Origin: an uncultured Chloroflexia bacterium
Lineage (GTDB): Bacteria > Chloroflexota > Limnocylindria > Limnocylindrales > CSP1-4
Assembly (NCBI GenBank): GCA_963712745.1
Contig: CAVQJC010000020.1
Location: 596,467 to 660,466 of the forward strand
DNA: 64,000 nt
Direction of reading: 5' to 3'
In this document: piece by piece, positions 53,837 to 62,414 of the stretch
Layout: every line of letters starts with the position of its first letter
Position numbering within the stretch: position 1 is the stretch's first letter
Program-made: the position numbers and the translations under genes
The notes under the pieces: model-generated
Told to the model about the DNA's origin: nothing
Database searches by the model: none
What the model saw: the letters and a program-made list of their open reading frames with translations, nothing else

Positions 53837-54364
53837 CTACACACTCGCCGGTCCGGACAGAGACGGAACTGGCGGGTCGCCGGGGAAGATGAACCCCGTG
53901 ACCTCCCAGGGACCGGACCCGGTCACTCGGTAGTAATAGGACAGCCCGGCGTAGTCACCCGTACCGTTGAGCCAGAAGGTGATGACATCACCCTGGGTCG
54001 GGTCGCTGACGACGCCAGTGTAGGTGCCCTCCCAGGTGCCCCCGTCGTTCGAGATGGTGCCAGCTCCCCACTGCACACCCCCGGCGGGCCAGAGGTCCGC
54101 GTCCCAGGAGTAGTCCACCGCGCCGCTGACACGCGGATCGTCGGTCTCATGCGTGCATGTCGCCCGTCCGCCTCGGTAGTGCATCACTCCGCCGGCCCCG
54201 GTGTCGGTCGTGCCCGTGTCGATCGAGCAGTGCTCGATGCCCGTCACGAAGACCGGGGCGCCATCGTGCGCCGGCGTGGGTGAGGCCTCCTGTGCCAGTG
54301 CCGGCAACGCCCAGCTCGCGAGGCATAACACGATGGCCGCGTCGGCGACCCATAGACTGCGCAT
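53837..54364 (-). CDS. Secreted protein homologous to the outer domain of the adjacent anti-sigma-like proteins
   Basis: GAGGGGG RBS, signal peptide ...PALA, ETDDPRVSG ... NDGGTWEG ... GTGDYAGLSY ... G(x)PP motifs. Confidence 0.8.
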   Translation of the reverse strand: MRSLWVADAAIVLCLASWALPALAQEASPTPAHDGAPVFVTGIEHCSIDTGTTDTGAGGVMHYRGGRATCTHETDDPRVSGAVDYSWDADLWPAGGVQWGAGTISNDGGTWEGTYTGVVSDPTQGDVITFWLNGTGDYAGLSYYYRVTGSGPWEVTGFIFPGDPPVPSLSGPASV

Positions 54365-54392
54365 GACAAGCCCCCCTCGGTTAGTTGTCGTG

Positions 54393-54418
54393 CGCCCGCC
54401 CCTCGCAGGACGGGCCTC
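54393..54418 (-). terminator. Conserved GNRA-capped hairpin after anti-sigma-like gene
   Basis: Minus strand GCCCGTCCT-GCGA-GGGGCGGGC. Confidence 0.6.
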
Positions 54419-54441
54419 TTGATGACGGTGACGTGAGGCGG

Positions 54442-55239
54442 CTACTGGCTCGGCACCGTCGGCATCTCCCAGGCCGCTGGCGGCGGGCCCTGGTAGAGCA
54501 CGCCCACGAAGTCCCCGTTCCCGTCGGGAGGGCTCGCCGCCCCGGCGGCGACGTAGGTCCAGCCCTCGTAGGCTCCGTCGCCGGTGACAACCACCAGCGG
54601 ATACGCCGTGTAGGCGCTGCTGCGATCGAAGACCACGAAGTGGCGACCCGTCCAGGTGCCCTCGGGCCCCTGGAGTACCTCGTCGTACGTTTCGAGGTCG
54701 TTATCGCCTCCGGTGGCATTGACGATCTCCCGTTGCGTGATGGTGGCCGTGCCTGTCAGACGTGGGTCGCTGGCAGTGATGATGCACGTCGCCGTTTGGA
54801 TGCCGTCGGGAAAGTCCCAGGAACACTCCTGGGACGCGGTCACCCGGACCGCGTCGGTTTGCGCAACGATCGGCGCTCCGGGCACGCTACCTCCCTGCTG
54901 GTCGAAGGGCTCAGCGACGAGGAACAGGCCACCGAGGGCGAAGACGAGGGCTCCGGCGGTGATGGCCTTGACGGGACTCAACATGGTGACGGTCCTCCTG
55001 GTGACGATCGGGAAACGATCAATCGACGGTCCGTGGGTAAGTGGCTGAGACTCTGCGTCCCGGGAGGCCGGGCCGCTCCTGCGCTCGAGGGTCGGCAGGG
55101 GCCACCAGCGACTTCGCTGGCGCGTCTGCGGGAGGCGTGACATCACCTCAGAGACAGTCCGCGAAGCGGTATGGGGTGAGCCAGCCGTGGCTTCGAGCCA
55201 CGATCGCACGAGCGAGGTCATCTGTTCGTCGGTCGTCAT
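54442..55239 (-). CDS. Putative membrane anti-sigma factor
   Basis: ATGA-coupled to ECF; RSRWWPLP, TM MLSPVKAITAGALVFALGG, outer domain with SDPRLTG. Confidence 0.75.
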   Translation of the reverse strand: MTTDEQMTSLVRSWLEATAGSPHTASRTVSEVMSRLPQTRQRSRWWPLPTLERRSGPASRDAESQPLTHGPSIDRFPIVTRRTVTMLSPVKAITAGALVFALGGLFLVAEPFDQQGGSVPGAPIVAQTDAVRVTASQECSWDFPDGIQTATCIITASDPRLTGTATITQREIVNATGGDNDLETYDEVLQGPEGTWTGRHFVVFDRSSAYTAYPLVVVTGDGAYEGWTYVAAGAASPPDGNGDFVGVLYQGPPPAAWEMPTVPSQ

Positions 55240-55796
55240 CGCACGACCTCCTGGATGGACGGTGCAGCGGGCAGGCGCTCATCGGCCTCGATGGCGGCCC
55301 GGAGGCCACGCATCGCTCTGCTCAGCCGTGACTTGACGGTCCCGACCGGGATGTCGAGGATGTCGGCGACTTCCTCGACGGGCAGGTCCATGAGGTGATG
55401 CAGGACCACCACCGCTCGCTGTTCGATGGGGAGTCGGTGGAAGGCTCGTTCGAGTTCGTCGCGCACGACGACTCTACCGAGAGCGTCCCCTGCGACCGGC
55501 TCATCCCGTTCGTCGAGATCGGTCTCGGGGAGCCAGCGAGGTCGGCGCTTCGCCTCCGCGTAGCACCTCCGCAGCAGCAGCCGGTACGACCAGCCATCGA
55601 AGCGGCGCGGATCGCGTAGCCGACGCAGGTCCCGCCAGATCGCGAGCAGCGCCTGTTGGACGGCATCCTCGGCCACATCTGGGTCGCGAAGGATACCGAC
55701 GGCCACCCGCTGCAAGCGGGGATGCGCCCGAAGGGCCAGCGCCTCGAAGGCGCTACCGTCACCGTTCTGTGCCCGCACCACGAGTCGCGGGTCCAT
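55236..55796 (-). CDS. ECF RNA polymerase sigma factor
   Basis: MDPRLVVRAQNGD, AEDAVQQAL, FDGWSYRLL, IPVGTVKSRLSRA. Confidence 0.95.
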   Translation of the reverse strand: MDPRLVVRAQNGDGSAFEALALRAHPRLQRVAVGILRDPDVAEDAVQQALLAIWRDLRRLRDPRRFDGWSYRLLLRRCYAEAKRRPRWLPETDLDERDEPVAGDALGRVVVRDELERAFHRLPIEQRAVVVLHHLMDLPVEEVADILDIPVGTVKSRLSRAMRGLRAAIEADERLPAAPSIQEVVR

Positions 55797-56085
55797 GCCC
55801 CCACATCCTCGGACCATCGGTCCTGGACCATCCATGGGACCGCCTTGATGGGGTCCCTACCTGGAACGGGTCGCCCCTGCGCCGGTCAGGTTCCATCTCG
55901 ACCTGCTCCAATGCTGCACCCAACGAGCGCGAAGTCAAGAACCGGTATTGCCATCGACCGTTCCACCCCAACGCCGCGACTCCGAGCGCGTAGCCAAGTC
56001 CGGCTGCAGCGTGCTGTTTTGCAGAGCCCGCTCGTTTAGGCAGTCGCACGAAGCCTGGTTGTCCTGCCAAGCACGGACGTGAGAG

Positions 56086-56200
56086 GCGGGTCAGAGACGG
56101 GAATCGAACCCGCGACATTCCGCTTGGGAAGTCCTTGCTGTGAGCGTAGTGGCACGAGCGTGGAGGGGCGAGCGAAAGTCGACAGTCGGGATGTCGCTGC
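56086..56200 (-). repeat. att-like site A: degenerate tRNA-Gly(CCC) 3' half plus conserved arm
   Basis: 56094-56131 matches 36/38 nt of the consensus tRNA half, CCA end lost; arm GTGAGCGTAGTGGCACGAGCGTGGAGGGGCGAGCG follows on the + strand. Confidence 0.85.
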
Positions 56201-56616
56201 ACCGCTCGGGCAAGCAGGTGGTCGATCGCGCCTCGGCCAACGAGGAGCTGCGCGAGGGCAACGCCACCTTTGTCACGAAGTCCTCGCACACGGTCGGCTC
56301 CCACCCGTGCCGCGTCGCCGACGAGACCGGAACGTGTGATGACTTCTAAGCCCCACACCGAGGCCCAGAGGTCAAGGTCGGCAGTGCCGAGTTCGTCGAA
56401 CTCATCACCCAGGCTCCCGAGATCGCAGACGCGGCCGCGCTCGGTGAGCGCGTCGTGACCGAAAGGGGGAAGGTGTCCTCGTCGCGCCCCATCGATCATC
56501 AGCTCGCCAGTAGCAGCGGTGGCGCCACCTCCGCGGGTCCGGGAACTTCGTGGACAGGGACGCGAACGACGTAGCCACGTGGTCGAGGCGGATTGCCGGA
56601 GACGGTGCGGGCCCGG

Positions 56617-57021
56617 TCAGGACTGTGCGGGTGCCGCGACAGCGCCGGCGGCGCGGGTGGCCTGGAGGAGGCGAAGGCCGAGCACCGTCGCGACGAGGGC
56701 GATCCCCTCGAAGGTCACGGCCAAGATACCTGACCACTCCAGCCACACCTCACCGGACTGACCTGGCAGACCGATGGTCCGGCTGATGACGTACATCCCG
56801 ATCGAGCCCAGCGCGACGAGAGCGCCCAGACTCCACGCGAGTCGCGAGCCAAGGAGGATCCCGACTGCAGCAGCGAGGGCGACCGCGAAGTTCAGCAGGA
56901 AGGAGAGTCCAAGGTACGTCGCGTCGCCGAAGGTGTCCGGGGCGTCCACCAAGTGGACCGTGCCGGACACCACCAATGCGAGTGCGGCGACGATGCTGAG
57001 GCGTTGAATGGTCGATGACAT
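56617..57021 (-). CDS. Small 4-TM membrane protein
   Basis: AGGAG RBS; GTVHL, YLGLSF, YVISRTIGLP motifs, four hydrophobic segments. Confidence 0.75.
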   Translation of the reverse strand: MSSTIQRLSIVAALALVVSGTVHLVDAPDTFGDATYLGLSFLLNFAVALAAAVGILLGSRLAWSLGALVALGSIGMYVISRTIGLPGQSGEVWLEWSGILAVTFEGIALVATVLGLRLLQATRAAGAVAAPAQS

Positions 57022-57360
57022 GGATCGAGGCTCCTTGAGGCCGCGCTGGTGGCCGAGGCGGCTGAATGCCGCAGTTCCAGGACCACCGGGTTCCCGGAGT
57101 CTCGGTAACCCATGTGAAGAACCCATGAATTGACCGTCCAGCAAGCCGTTCCCGTCGGTCGCCGGTCAGTCGGTCCACTCGGCGATGAGCATGACCCCGG
57201 CGCAGAACTGGTAGTCGGTGATGGCAGGCTCGTTGGTCTCTGCGGCGAACGGCGTCCGGTGCGGCGTAACTGGCGCACCGGGGGAGGCTCTACCGACAAC
57301 AAGCCGGCTGCCACCAGGAGTTGCGGGACGAGCACACGCCACGAGCGTGAGTCGAGGGAA

Positions 57361-57470
57361 TGGAACGGGAGACGGGACTCGACCCCGCGACATCCTGCTT
57401 GGGAAGTGGAGAGGCCTGAACGGCGTGCAACGAGCGTGGGAGGGCGAGCGAAACGGCCACAGGTATGGTG
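57361..57470 (-). repeat. att-like site B: tRNA-Gly(CCC) 3' half plus degenerate arm
   Basis: 57361-57406 matches 43/46 nt of the consensus; arm ... ACGAGCGTGGGAGGGCGAGCG. Confidence 0.88.
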
Positions 57471-57509
57471 TAGTGACGAGTGCGACTCCCAGGTCTTCTC
57501 TGCAGGCAT

Positions 57510-57692
57510 CCGAAGCGATGCACCCGCTGGGTCGAATTCGGCGATCCCGACGACGTCGCAGGCCTGGCCGCGTTCCTGCTCACAGCTGATGCCGAATGGA
57601 TCACCGGACAGGTCATCGCCGTCGACGGTGGGCTTTCGGGTATCAAGCTGCCACCCGCCGCTGGCCACTACATGCGGAGCATGTCGCGCTGA
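57510..57692 (+). pseudogene. C-terminal fragment of an SDR oxidoreductase
   Basis: HPLGR | GDPDDVAGLAAFLLTADAEWITGQVIAVDGG; truncated at att site B. Confidence 0.7.
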
Positions 57693-57734
57693 GCGCGAGA
57701 GGATGAGGGATGCCGCGTCGCGCGGCCCGGCGGC

Positions 57735-58241
57735 TCACGCCCCCCGCAGCGCGGCCAGGATGTCGTCCCATTCCCGGTCCTGCGGATCGCCGGCGCCGCG
57801 GGCGAGGATGGTGCCGTCGCGGGTCACGACCAGCGCGTGGACCTCCTCGCCACCCTGGATCGCAAGGGACCGCTGGAAGCCGCGCACGTCCGTGTAGATC
57901 GTGATGGTGCGGGCGAGGACGTCCGGGTCGCCGATGCCGGCTGTCATGCCGCCATCGATGAAGCGCCGGACGGGTCGCCACCCGGTGGCGAGGACGGGAA
58001 GCTCCACGACGGCTGCGGGCAGCGCGCCGGTGAGACCCCGCGGTGTCGGCGGCACGCCATCCGCCACGGCGCGGGCGATCCAGCGGTCGACCCGGGCCTG
58101 GTGCCATTGCCGGAACGCCACGACGGCCAGCGTCCGTTCGGCGGGGAATCCGTGCGGCAGCGCCAGCTCCACGCCCAGGAGTGAGCGGGCGCTGACGGTC
58201 GGGAACCGGGCAGGGGACCCGCCTGTCTGGCTGGTCACCAT
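57735..58241 (-). CDS. Conserved hypothetical protein, ATP10-like thioredoxin fold
   Basis: FPTVSARSL, VVAFRQWHQARVDRW, FIDGGMTAGI, TITIYTD. Confidence 0.65.
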   Translation of the reverse strand: MVTSQTGGSPARFPTVSARSLLGVELALPHGFPAERTLAVVAFRQWHQARVDRWIARAVADGVPPTPRGLTGALPAAVVELPVLATGWRPVRRFIDGGMTAGIGDPDVLARTITIYTDVRGFQRSLAIQGGEEVHALVVTRDGTILARGAGDPQDREWDDILAALRGA

Positions 58242-58263
58242 GCGGCTACCGGTCGGGCGCACG

Positions 58264-58566
58264 TCAGGCACGTGCTCCGGGGTGGGGCAGTGCGATGGGC
58301 CGGCCCTGGCCGAAGAACTGCCCCGCAGCAGCCTCGATGGACGGGTCGACAGCCATGAGGGCGAGCGCGTCCACTGCAGCATCGAGCGGCGTCGCGAAGG
58401 GCACGTGAGGCAGCACGACCTGCATGAACCGCCGCCTGACGCCGTTGGCGCTGGCGGCCGCGGTCGCAGGCACGAACCTCGGACACGCGGTGGCCGGCGG
58501 CGGCGAGCTTCTCCGCGGTGGCCCGTCCCAAGCCGCGCCGCCCCCGGTGATCAGGATGGTCGTCAT
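58264..58566 (-). pseudogene. Internally deleted SDR oxidoreductase remnant
   Basis: MTTILITGG.GLGRATAEKLAAAGHRV N-terminus joined to a C-terminal 'GQFF' region; catalytic core missing. Confidence 0.55.
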
Positions 58567-59012
58567 CGCACGACCATCGTAGTCCGCGGACGGCCAGGGC
58601 TGACGGCGCGCCCCGAGGCGACCCAGCCCGAGCACCACCCCGACCGCCAGCGATGCGATCGGCGCGCCGTGGATGAGCCTGGCCTGACCAGGCTCGCTCG
58701 GGACACCGTCGACGGCGAGTCGCTGACGCTCAAGGACGACGGCGGGCGCCCGATCCTCGTCCTCGCCGCGGCGCGCACGCGGCGTCTAGTGGGAACCCCG
58801 TGGCGGGCGGTCTCGCTCAACGAAGCGCCGGCACGGCTCGCGGAGGCCCAGGGACCCGGTGCTACACTCCAGCTCGAGGCGCGGACCGGACCGTGACCTC
58901 ACCATCAGTCCGTCTCGGCGTCCCAGCGCTCCTCGCTGCGGCGAAGGCCCGCCGCCGACCGTTCCTGAGCAGGAACACCAGAACGGAACCGCGTTTCTCG
59001 GAGGGCACGTTC

Positions 59013-59870
59013 ATGACCAACCCTGCCGCGACTGCGACTGCGATCAGCGCGAAGGCCCCTTCGGGCATCGCGCCTGAGCGAGCCCGCTCGCTGGGCCGCT
59101 GGAACCGCTTCCTGGTCTTCGCCCACGGGGGCCAGTTCGTCCTCATGCTCCTGATCTCCGGGACCGCCGTGCTCTTCGAGGTCGTCGTGCCGACGGCCCG
59201 CCCGATCATCGAGAACGGCGAGTTCACCGGGATCGAGCCGTCGAGCGTGATGCTCGTCTCGTTCCCGCTGGTCTACCTGATCGCCAGCTTCTTCCTGATG
59301 AGCGCCATCGCCCACGCATCCGCCGGCATCTTCCTGCGCAGCCGCTACGAGGCCTGGCTCGCCCGGGGCATGAACCCGCTTCGGTGGGTGGAGTACGCGT
59401 TCTCGTCGACGGTGATGATCGTCGCCATCGCGTACCTCAGCTTCATCACCGAGTTTCCGGCGCTCGTCGCGATCGCCGGCTGCAACGTCGCGATGATCCT
59501 CTTCGGATGGAGCATGGAGGCGGGCAACGAGGGCCGGCTGACAAAGGGCGAGCGCATCGACTGGAAGCACTTCGTCTTCGGCTGCATCGCCGGGGCGGTC
59601 CCCTGGATCGCGATCTTCTCGATCGTGTGGGCCTACTCGGCCCAGGAGGGCCTGCCGCCAGAAGCCCAGATCCCGGGCTTCGTGTACGTGATCATCGCCA
59701 GCCTGTTCGTCGCCTTCAACATCTTCGCCATCACCATGGTCCTCCAGTACGGGAAGGTTGGCCGCTGGAAGGACTACCTGGTAGGCGAGAAGACGTACAT
59801 GGTGCTGAGCCTGGTCGCGAAGTCGCTGCTGGCCTGGCAGGTCTGGTCCGGCACGCTCCGCCCGCAGTAA
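59013..59870 (+). CDS. heR: Heliorhodopsin
   Basis: 7 TM; N..H..Q in TM1 (NRFLVFAHGGQ), SAIAH, NPLRWVEYAFSS, ILFGWSME, YMVLSLVAKSLLAWQ with the retinal-binding Lys; GGAGG RBS. Confidence 0.96.
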   Translation: MTNPAATATAISAKAPSGIAPERARSLGRWNRFLVFAHGGQFVLMLLISGTAVLFEVVVPTARPIIENGEFTGIEPSSVMLVSFPLVYLIASFFLMSAIAHASAGIFLRSRYEAWLARGMNPLRWVEYAFSSTVMIVAIAYLSFITEFPALVAIAGCNVAMILFGWSMEAGNEGRLTKGERIDWKHFVFGCIAGAVPWIAIFSIVWAYSAQEGLPPEAQIPGFVYVIIASLFVAFNIFAITMVLQYGKVGRWKDYLVGEKTYMVLSLVAKSLLAWQVWSGTLRPQ

Positions 59871-59918
59871 ACCGGGCGGCCGCCCGAGCGCACGTCAGCG
59901 GCGAGGCGAGCCTGCCGT

Positions 59919-60090
59919 TCAGCCTCCCCCCCGGTGTGATCGCGCCGATCGCCATGAACCCGAACACCAGCTCGTCCTGCACGAAGTGGATGAACCACGC
60001 GCACGTGAGGCCACGCGTCTCCAGCATGGACCGGGCCAGGATCCAGCTAAGGAACCAGGCCAGCAGGACGCCGATGATGTCGTAGAAGCG
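59919..60090 (-). pseudogene. C-terminal fragment of a CPBP/CAAX (Abi) intramembrane protease
   Basis: GVLLAWFLSWILARSMLETRGLTCAWFIHFVQD; no N-terminal EExxxR part. Confidence 0.55.
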
Positions 60091-60264
60091 GACGATCCCG
60101 AAGCACGCCACCACCATCCGCAGCGCCTGGCGCGAGCCACGGGCTGCACCCCTTCCCATTCTCGAGGTCCGTCTGCCCGAGGTCTACGGTGAATCGAACG
60201 CGGCGATGTGGGACGGGGTCGCGGCGACCAAGCAGGGCGTCGTCCCGAGTTCAGAAGGGGGAAG

Positions 60265-60386
60265 TGGAGCGGGAGACGGGACTCGAACCCGCGACATTCT
60301 GCTTGGGAAGTGTTGGCCTCGTGAGCGCAGTGGCATGAGCGTGGAAGGGCGAGCGAATCCCGATCAGTTAGGGTGTCTTCGCAAGG
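60265..60386 (-). repeat. att-like site C: intact tRNA-Gly(CCC) 3' half plus conserved arm
   Basis: Minus strand CTTCCCAAGCAGAATGTCGCGGGTTCGAGTCCCGTCTCCCGCTCCA (60310-60265); the 5' tRNA half is replaced by the arm ending CAGTTAGGGTGTCTTCGCA (+). Confidence 0.93.
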
Positions 60387-60598
60387 TCCCGCGAAACCCT
60401 GCTTGGGAAGTCTCGGTCGAGTCGACAATGACCCTCACTCGCCTTCCGACGCATGCCGCCACCAGCCCCCTCTGGACTAGACGCCGTCCCTGTAGCCCTG
60501 CAGTCGCAGCCCCTATCCGGCAGACACAGAAGCGGGTCCATCAGCCCGAAGGCCGAGGGACCCTTGCGTCTCGAAGGACGACCCCTTACAGCTCAGGC

Positions 60599-61432
60599 CT
60601 ATTCGGCGGGCGGTGCCTCTGGGAACGGGGGCATCTCGCGGGGGAAGACCGCGCCGGTGACCGCGAACGGCTCATCGTCCGTTCGCTGGAATACAACGAA
60701 TGCCGTCAGGCCGTCATAGCCACCCTCGCCGGTCAAGACGGCGGTCTGGACCGTCAACCCGCCGTCCGTTTGGTGGGAGAGCCCGGTGCCCTGTCCGCTC
60801 CACGTACCCCCGTCGTTCTCGATACGCCATGCATTGGTCACGGGCAACACGCCCTCCGTGTCACTCACGACGTGCCAGTCGAGGTTCGTCACCCACGACA
60901 ACGTGCCGGACACCCGCGGGTCGCTCGTCTCGATGGTGTCGGCCAAGCCCATCTCGTCTCGGATGAGGAAGACATCATCTTCCTCATCCAACGAGCCTTG
61001 GACCGCCGGTCCGGAGGTGACCTCACCGGTGAAGTAGGCCGCGGCGGGTTCGGCGTCGACCTCTGCACCCGGCACGTTGCCTCGCTGGTCGAACGGCTGG
61101 GCGATGAGGAAGGCACCGCCGATAGCGAAGACGATGGCACCGGCGGTGATGGCCTTGACTGGACTGAGCATGGACTGGGTCCTCCCTGTGACGGTGGGGG
61201 TATGGCCGTTGGCGGCCGGGATGGACGTGGGCTGGTAGTCCGTCGTCTGGTCGATAGCGGGCGATGGGGCAGTCTTGCTTCGCCACGTGGGCAACCACCA
61301 GCGGCGACGGACCTGGCCCGTCTGACGGACCTGCGCCATGGCCTGCTGGACGCTGGCGTGCGGGTTGGGATGCGGAGTGGCCTGGTCTCTCAGCCTCTGC
61401 CCTGCGGCTCGTCCGAGGCGGTCGTCAGTCAA
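60599..61432 (-). CDS. Putative membrane anti-sigma factor
   Basis: Coupled to ECF; RRRWWLP, TM MLSPVKAITAGAIVFAIGG, outer domain with SDPRVSG. Confidence 0.78.
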   Translation of the reverse strand: MTDDRLGRAAGQRLRDQATPHPNPHASVQQAMAQVRQTGQVRRRWWLPTWRSKTAPSPAIDQTTDYQPTSIPAANGHTPTVTGRTQSMLSPVKAITAGAIVFAIGGAFLIAQPFDQRGNVPGAEVDAEPAAAYFTGEVTSGPAVQGSLDEEDDVFLIRDEMGLADTIETSDPRVSGTLSWVTNLDWHVVSDTEGVLPVTNAWRIENDGGTWSGQGTGLSHQTDGGLTVQTAVLTGEGGYDGLTAFVVFQRTDDEPFAVTGAVFPREMPPFPEAPPAE

Positions 61433-61989
61433 CTGAGTACCTCCTCCTTCGGGACCCGCACCACGGCACGTGCGTCGGCATCGAGAGCAGCGCGCAGCGC
61501 CTTGAGTGCCCTGCTCTGGCGTGAGGCCACGGTGCTGACGGAGACATCGAGTGCCTCCCCGACCTGCTCCAGCGGTAGGTCGAGCATGTAGCGAAGGACG
61601 ATGACGGCCCTGTGGTCGACCGAGAGTCGAGCCAGGGCCCTGTCCATCTGGTCAGCATGGACGACACCGAGGAAGTCATCGGTGGCTACAGGTTCGCTGT
61701 CCGGTGCTATCGCCGCCTCAGGCAGCCAGTCTGGTCGACGCTTGGCCTCGTCGTAGCAGGCTCTGATGAGCAGTCTGTACGACCAGCCGTCGAACTTGTG
61801 TGGGTCTCGAAGTCGCGGCAGATAGCGCCAGATACCGATGAGCGCCTGCTGTGTGGCGTCATCGGCGACCGACGCATCCCCCAGCACACCGAGGGCGGCG
61901 TTGTACAGGCGAGGATGGATGGCTCCAGCGAGCGTCTCGAACGCTTGCTGGTCGCCCTGCTGTGCTCTGACCACGAGGTTTGGGTCCAT
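61429..61989 (-). CDS. ECF RNA polymerase sigma factor
   Basis: MDPNLVVRAQQGD, ADDATQQAL, FDGWSYRLL, VSVSTVASRQSRA. Confidence 0.95.
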   Translation of the reverse strand: MDPNLVVRAQQGDQQAFETLAGAIHPRLYNAALGVLGDASVADDATQQALIGIWRYLPRLRDPHKFDGWSYRLLIRACYDEAKRRPDWLPEAAIAPDSEPVATDDFLGVVHADQMDRALARLSVDHRAVIVLRYMLDLPLEQVGEALDVSVSTVASRQSRALKALRAALDADARAVVRVPKEEVLS

Positions 61990-62212
61990 GCCCCTCACGC
62001 TTGCTTCGTCAGCCATCCACCGACGGAGAGACCGGGTCCGAGTGGTCCTCTCTGTACTAAGTCATCGGCAGGACGCGATTATTTCCCACATTCGTCGCGA
62101 GACGGCTTGCATCGCACCCATCGGTCAGCCCGTCAGGACCCACAGCTGCCACATCGCGCTCACAACGCTGCGCACAGGCAGACGGTTAGTTGGATCAGGG
62201 ACGAGGGGAGAG

Positions 62213-62334
62213 TGGAGCGGGAGACGGGACTCGAACCCGCGACATTCTGCTTGGGAAGTGTCGCGCTCGTGAGCGTAGTGGCACGAGCGTGGAGGGGCGA
62301 GCGGAAGCGGCTCAGTTAGGGTGTCTTCGCAGGG
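62213..62334 (-). repeat. att-like site D: intact tRNA-Gly(CCC) 3' half plus conserved arm
   Basis: 62213-62258 is identical to the 46-nt half of site C; arm GTGAGCGTAGTGGCACGAGCGTGGAGGGGCGAGCG ... CAGTTAGGGTGTCTTCGCA. Confidence 0.93.
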
Positions 62335-62372
62335 TCAGTCTTGCCGCTCCGCGACCTCCCACCGACACGACA

Positions 62373-62402
62373 GGAGACCCGCCCCTTGCGGGACGGGCCT
62401 CC
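62373..62402 (-). terminator. Conserved GNRA-capped hairpin after anti-sigma-like gene
   Basis: Minus strand GGAGGCCCGTCCC-GCAA-GGGGCGGGTCTCC. Confidence 0.65.
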
Positions 62403-62414
62403 GGTGCAGATGGG

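Noticed and set aside
56086-62334. Cluster of functional tRNA-Gly genes
   Set aside because: Copies A-D lack the 5' acceptor strand, D-arm and 5' anticodon-stem strand, so no cloverleaf can form.
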